Positions 62,627 through 64,000 of a stretch of DNA of 64,000 nucleotides are shown piece by piece. Source of the DNA: Eubacteriales bacterium. Its GTDB lineage: Bacteria > Bacillota > Clostridia > Oscillospirales > CAG-272. The translations under genes and the position numbers were made by a program. Within the stretch, counting starts at the first letter, position 1. Every line of letters begins with the position of its first letter. Under the pieces are notes generated by a model, which was not told the DNA's origin, did no database searches, and saw only the letters and a program-made list of their open reading frames with translations. The stretch lies in contig JAZOML010000033.1 in assembly GCA_045653945.1 (NCBI GenBank), positions 8,798 to 72,797 on the forward strand. The letters are read 5' to 3'.

Positions 62627-63484
62627 ATGAAATACGTACTGTATAATCCCCTTGCATCAAATAAAAACGGCGAGGAAAAGGCTCACCGTATAACCGAACA
62701 AACACAAAATCCGTACTACACCTTTGTTGATATAACGGCACTATCAAAGGAAGAGCTTGATAGTATTATAGACGATGCCGAGGAAATAGTTCTTGCAGGT
62801 GGCGACGGAACACTAAATAGCTTTGTAAATTTGCTTGATAACAATATCCCTGATAAGACGATATATTTTTATCCAACAGGCTCAGGTAACGACTTTGTTC
62901 GCGACGTAAAAGAAGAAGACAAGGAAGGTTCACTTATAAAGCTAAATAAGTATATCAAAGACCTTCCCAAGATAGTAATAAACGGAAAGGCTCACCGATT
63001 TATAAACGGTGCAGGCTACGGAGTTGACGGCTTCAGCTGTGCTATGGTTGAAAAGAAAACCAAGGAGGATGCCTCCAAAAAGTGTAGCTACGTGCTTGAG
63101 GCGTTTCTTGGTATTATGTACGCCTACAAGCCCGGTAAGGCTAAAATAACCGTTGACGGAGTTACAACCGAATACGAAAATGTTTGGATGATATCCGCAA
63201 TGAACGGTAGATATTTTGGCGGCGGTGTTATGATTGCCCCCAATCAGGACAGACTAAACGAGAACCACACTCTTTCAATAGTTGTTGTGTCCACAAAAAG
63301 CCGACTTCGTATTTTGCGTGCGTTTCCGAGTATAAAAAAGGGTAAACACCTCAAATATACTGATATAGTTACAGTGCTTGAGGGTAAGGAAATTATAGTC
63401 GAGGCGGAAAACGCATCCTGCGTTCAAATCGACGGAGAGCCGATAAATGACGTATCGGACTATACTGTAAAAACCGAAAAATAA
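62627..63484 (+). CDS. Diacylglycerol kinase catalytic domain lipid kinase (YegS/BmrU family)
   Basis: IVLAGGDGTLNSFVN nucleotide-binding motif. About 285 aa. Confidence 0.8.
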   Translation: MKYVLYNPLASNKNGEEKAHRITEQTQNPYYTFVDITALSKEELDSIIDDAEEIVLAGGDGTLNSFVNLLDNNIPDKTIYFYPTGSGNDFVRDVKEEDKEGSLIKLNKYIKDLPKIVINGKAHRFINGAGYGVDGFSCAMVEKKTKEDASKKCSYVLEAFLGIMYAYKPGKAKITVDGVTTEYENVWMISAMNGRYFGGGVMIAPNQDRLNENHTLSIVVVSTKSRLRILRAFPSIKKGKHLKYTDIVTVLEGKEIIVEAENASCVQIDGEPINDVSDYTVKTEK

Positions 63485-63485
63485 T

Positions 63486-63521
63486 AAAAAACGAGCTCGC
63501 AAGTGAAGTGAGCTCGTTTTT
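63486..63521 (+). terminator. Terminator after the lipid kinase gene
   Basis: AAAAAACGAGCTC-gcaagtgaagt-GAGCTCGTTTTT. Confidence 0.7.
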
Positions 63522-63532
63522 ACTTTTTGAGA

Positions 63533-63569
63533 AAAAAATAAGAGGCTGAAAATCAGCCTCTATTTTTTT
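63533..63569 (-). terminator. Terminator after the S1-domain gene
   Basis: AGAGGCTGA-aaa-TCAGCCTCT flanked by an A-run and a T-run. Confidence 0.7.
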
Positions 63570-63575
63570 GTTTAA

Positions 63576-64000
63576 TTACTCAGCGTCAGCAGGAGCATCT
63601 TCTTCTGCAGGAGCATCTTCCGTAGCAGGAGCTTCTTCTACTATCTCGGGCTCAAGAAGAGCGCGGATAGAGAGGGAAACCTTTCTCTTTTCGGTGTCGA
63701 TTTCGATGATCTTAGCATCAACAACGTCGCCAACGTGGAGAACCTCAGCGGGATTTCCGAGACGCTTGTTAGCAATCTGGGAAATATGAATAAGACCGTC
63801 AACACCGTCGATAATCTCTGCAAATGCACCATAGGTCATTATGTTAGCAATCTTAACGGAAACAACGTCATCAACGTTGTACTTGGAAACGAAAATATTC
63901 CAAGGATTGTTTTCCTCAGTCTTACAGCCGAGAGAAATTCTCTTCTTATCGGGATTGAGATCCTTGATGTAAACGGTGAGCTTGTCGCCAACGGAAACAA
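63576..64000 (-). CDS. S1 RNA-binding repeat protein (ribosomal protein S1-like), C-terminal part; 5' end lies outside the window
   Basis: The frame stays open to the window edge (VGDKLTVYIKDLNPDKKRISLGCK ... YGAFAEIIDGVDGLIHISQI ... VGDVVDAKIIEIDTEKRKVSLSIR). Ala/Glu/Pro-rich acidic tail. Confidence 0.85.
   Translation of the reverse strand, partial: VSVGDKLTVYIKDLNPDKKRISLGCKTEENNPWNIFVSKYNVDDVVSVKIANIMTYGAFAEIIDGVDGLIHISQIANKRLGNPAEVLHVGDVVDAKIIEIDTEKRKVSLSIRALLEPEIVEEAPATEDAPAEEDAPADAE

Overview
This 64-kb window looks like chromosome from a low-GC, spore-forming Firmicute. Gene order supports this: pth-mfd, rimP-nusA-ylxR-ylxQ-infB, rimM-trmD, yabO-yabP-yabQ and dpaA-dpaB. Assigning it to Clostridia, possibly Oscillospiraceae/Ruminococcus-like, is inference only. 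I call about 62 protein genes, mostly housekeeping: translation, cell envelope, amino-acid metabolism, sporulation and transporters. I also call three tRNAs (Arg-ACG, Ser-GGA, Arg-CCT), a threonine T-box upstream of thrS, and many consensus sigma-A promoters and hairpin terminators. I found no CRISPR array, transposase, integrase or rRNA.

The most interesting signal is too short for the ORF track. It is a 16-codon leader ORF (MFTRANAKGYYYYYYF) followed by a strong intrinsic terminator, upstream of the DAHP synthase-prephenate dehydrogenase operon. That is a candidate tyrosine-sensing leader-peptide attenuator, which is unusual for a Firmicute.

Five patches look accessory:
- An AT-rich solo GIY-YIG nuclease gene sits directly behind tRNA-Arg(CCT) with no promoter of its own.
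- A 2.5-kb block lies between tRNA-Arg(ACG) and tRNA-Ser(GGA). It is bounded by truncated tRNA 3'-end copies and contains an orphan XRE repressor with twin palindromic operators.
- A coiled-coil protein plus two paralogous GT4 glycosyltransferases sit where rbfA-truB would normally follow infB.
- An uncharacterised three-gene operon ends in a CPBP intramembrane protease.
- A 180-nt structured spacer lies between the thrS T-box terminator and the thrS start.

All functional calls come from motif recognition by eye. No database search was run.
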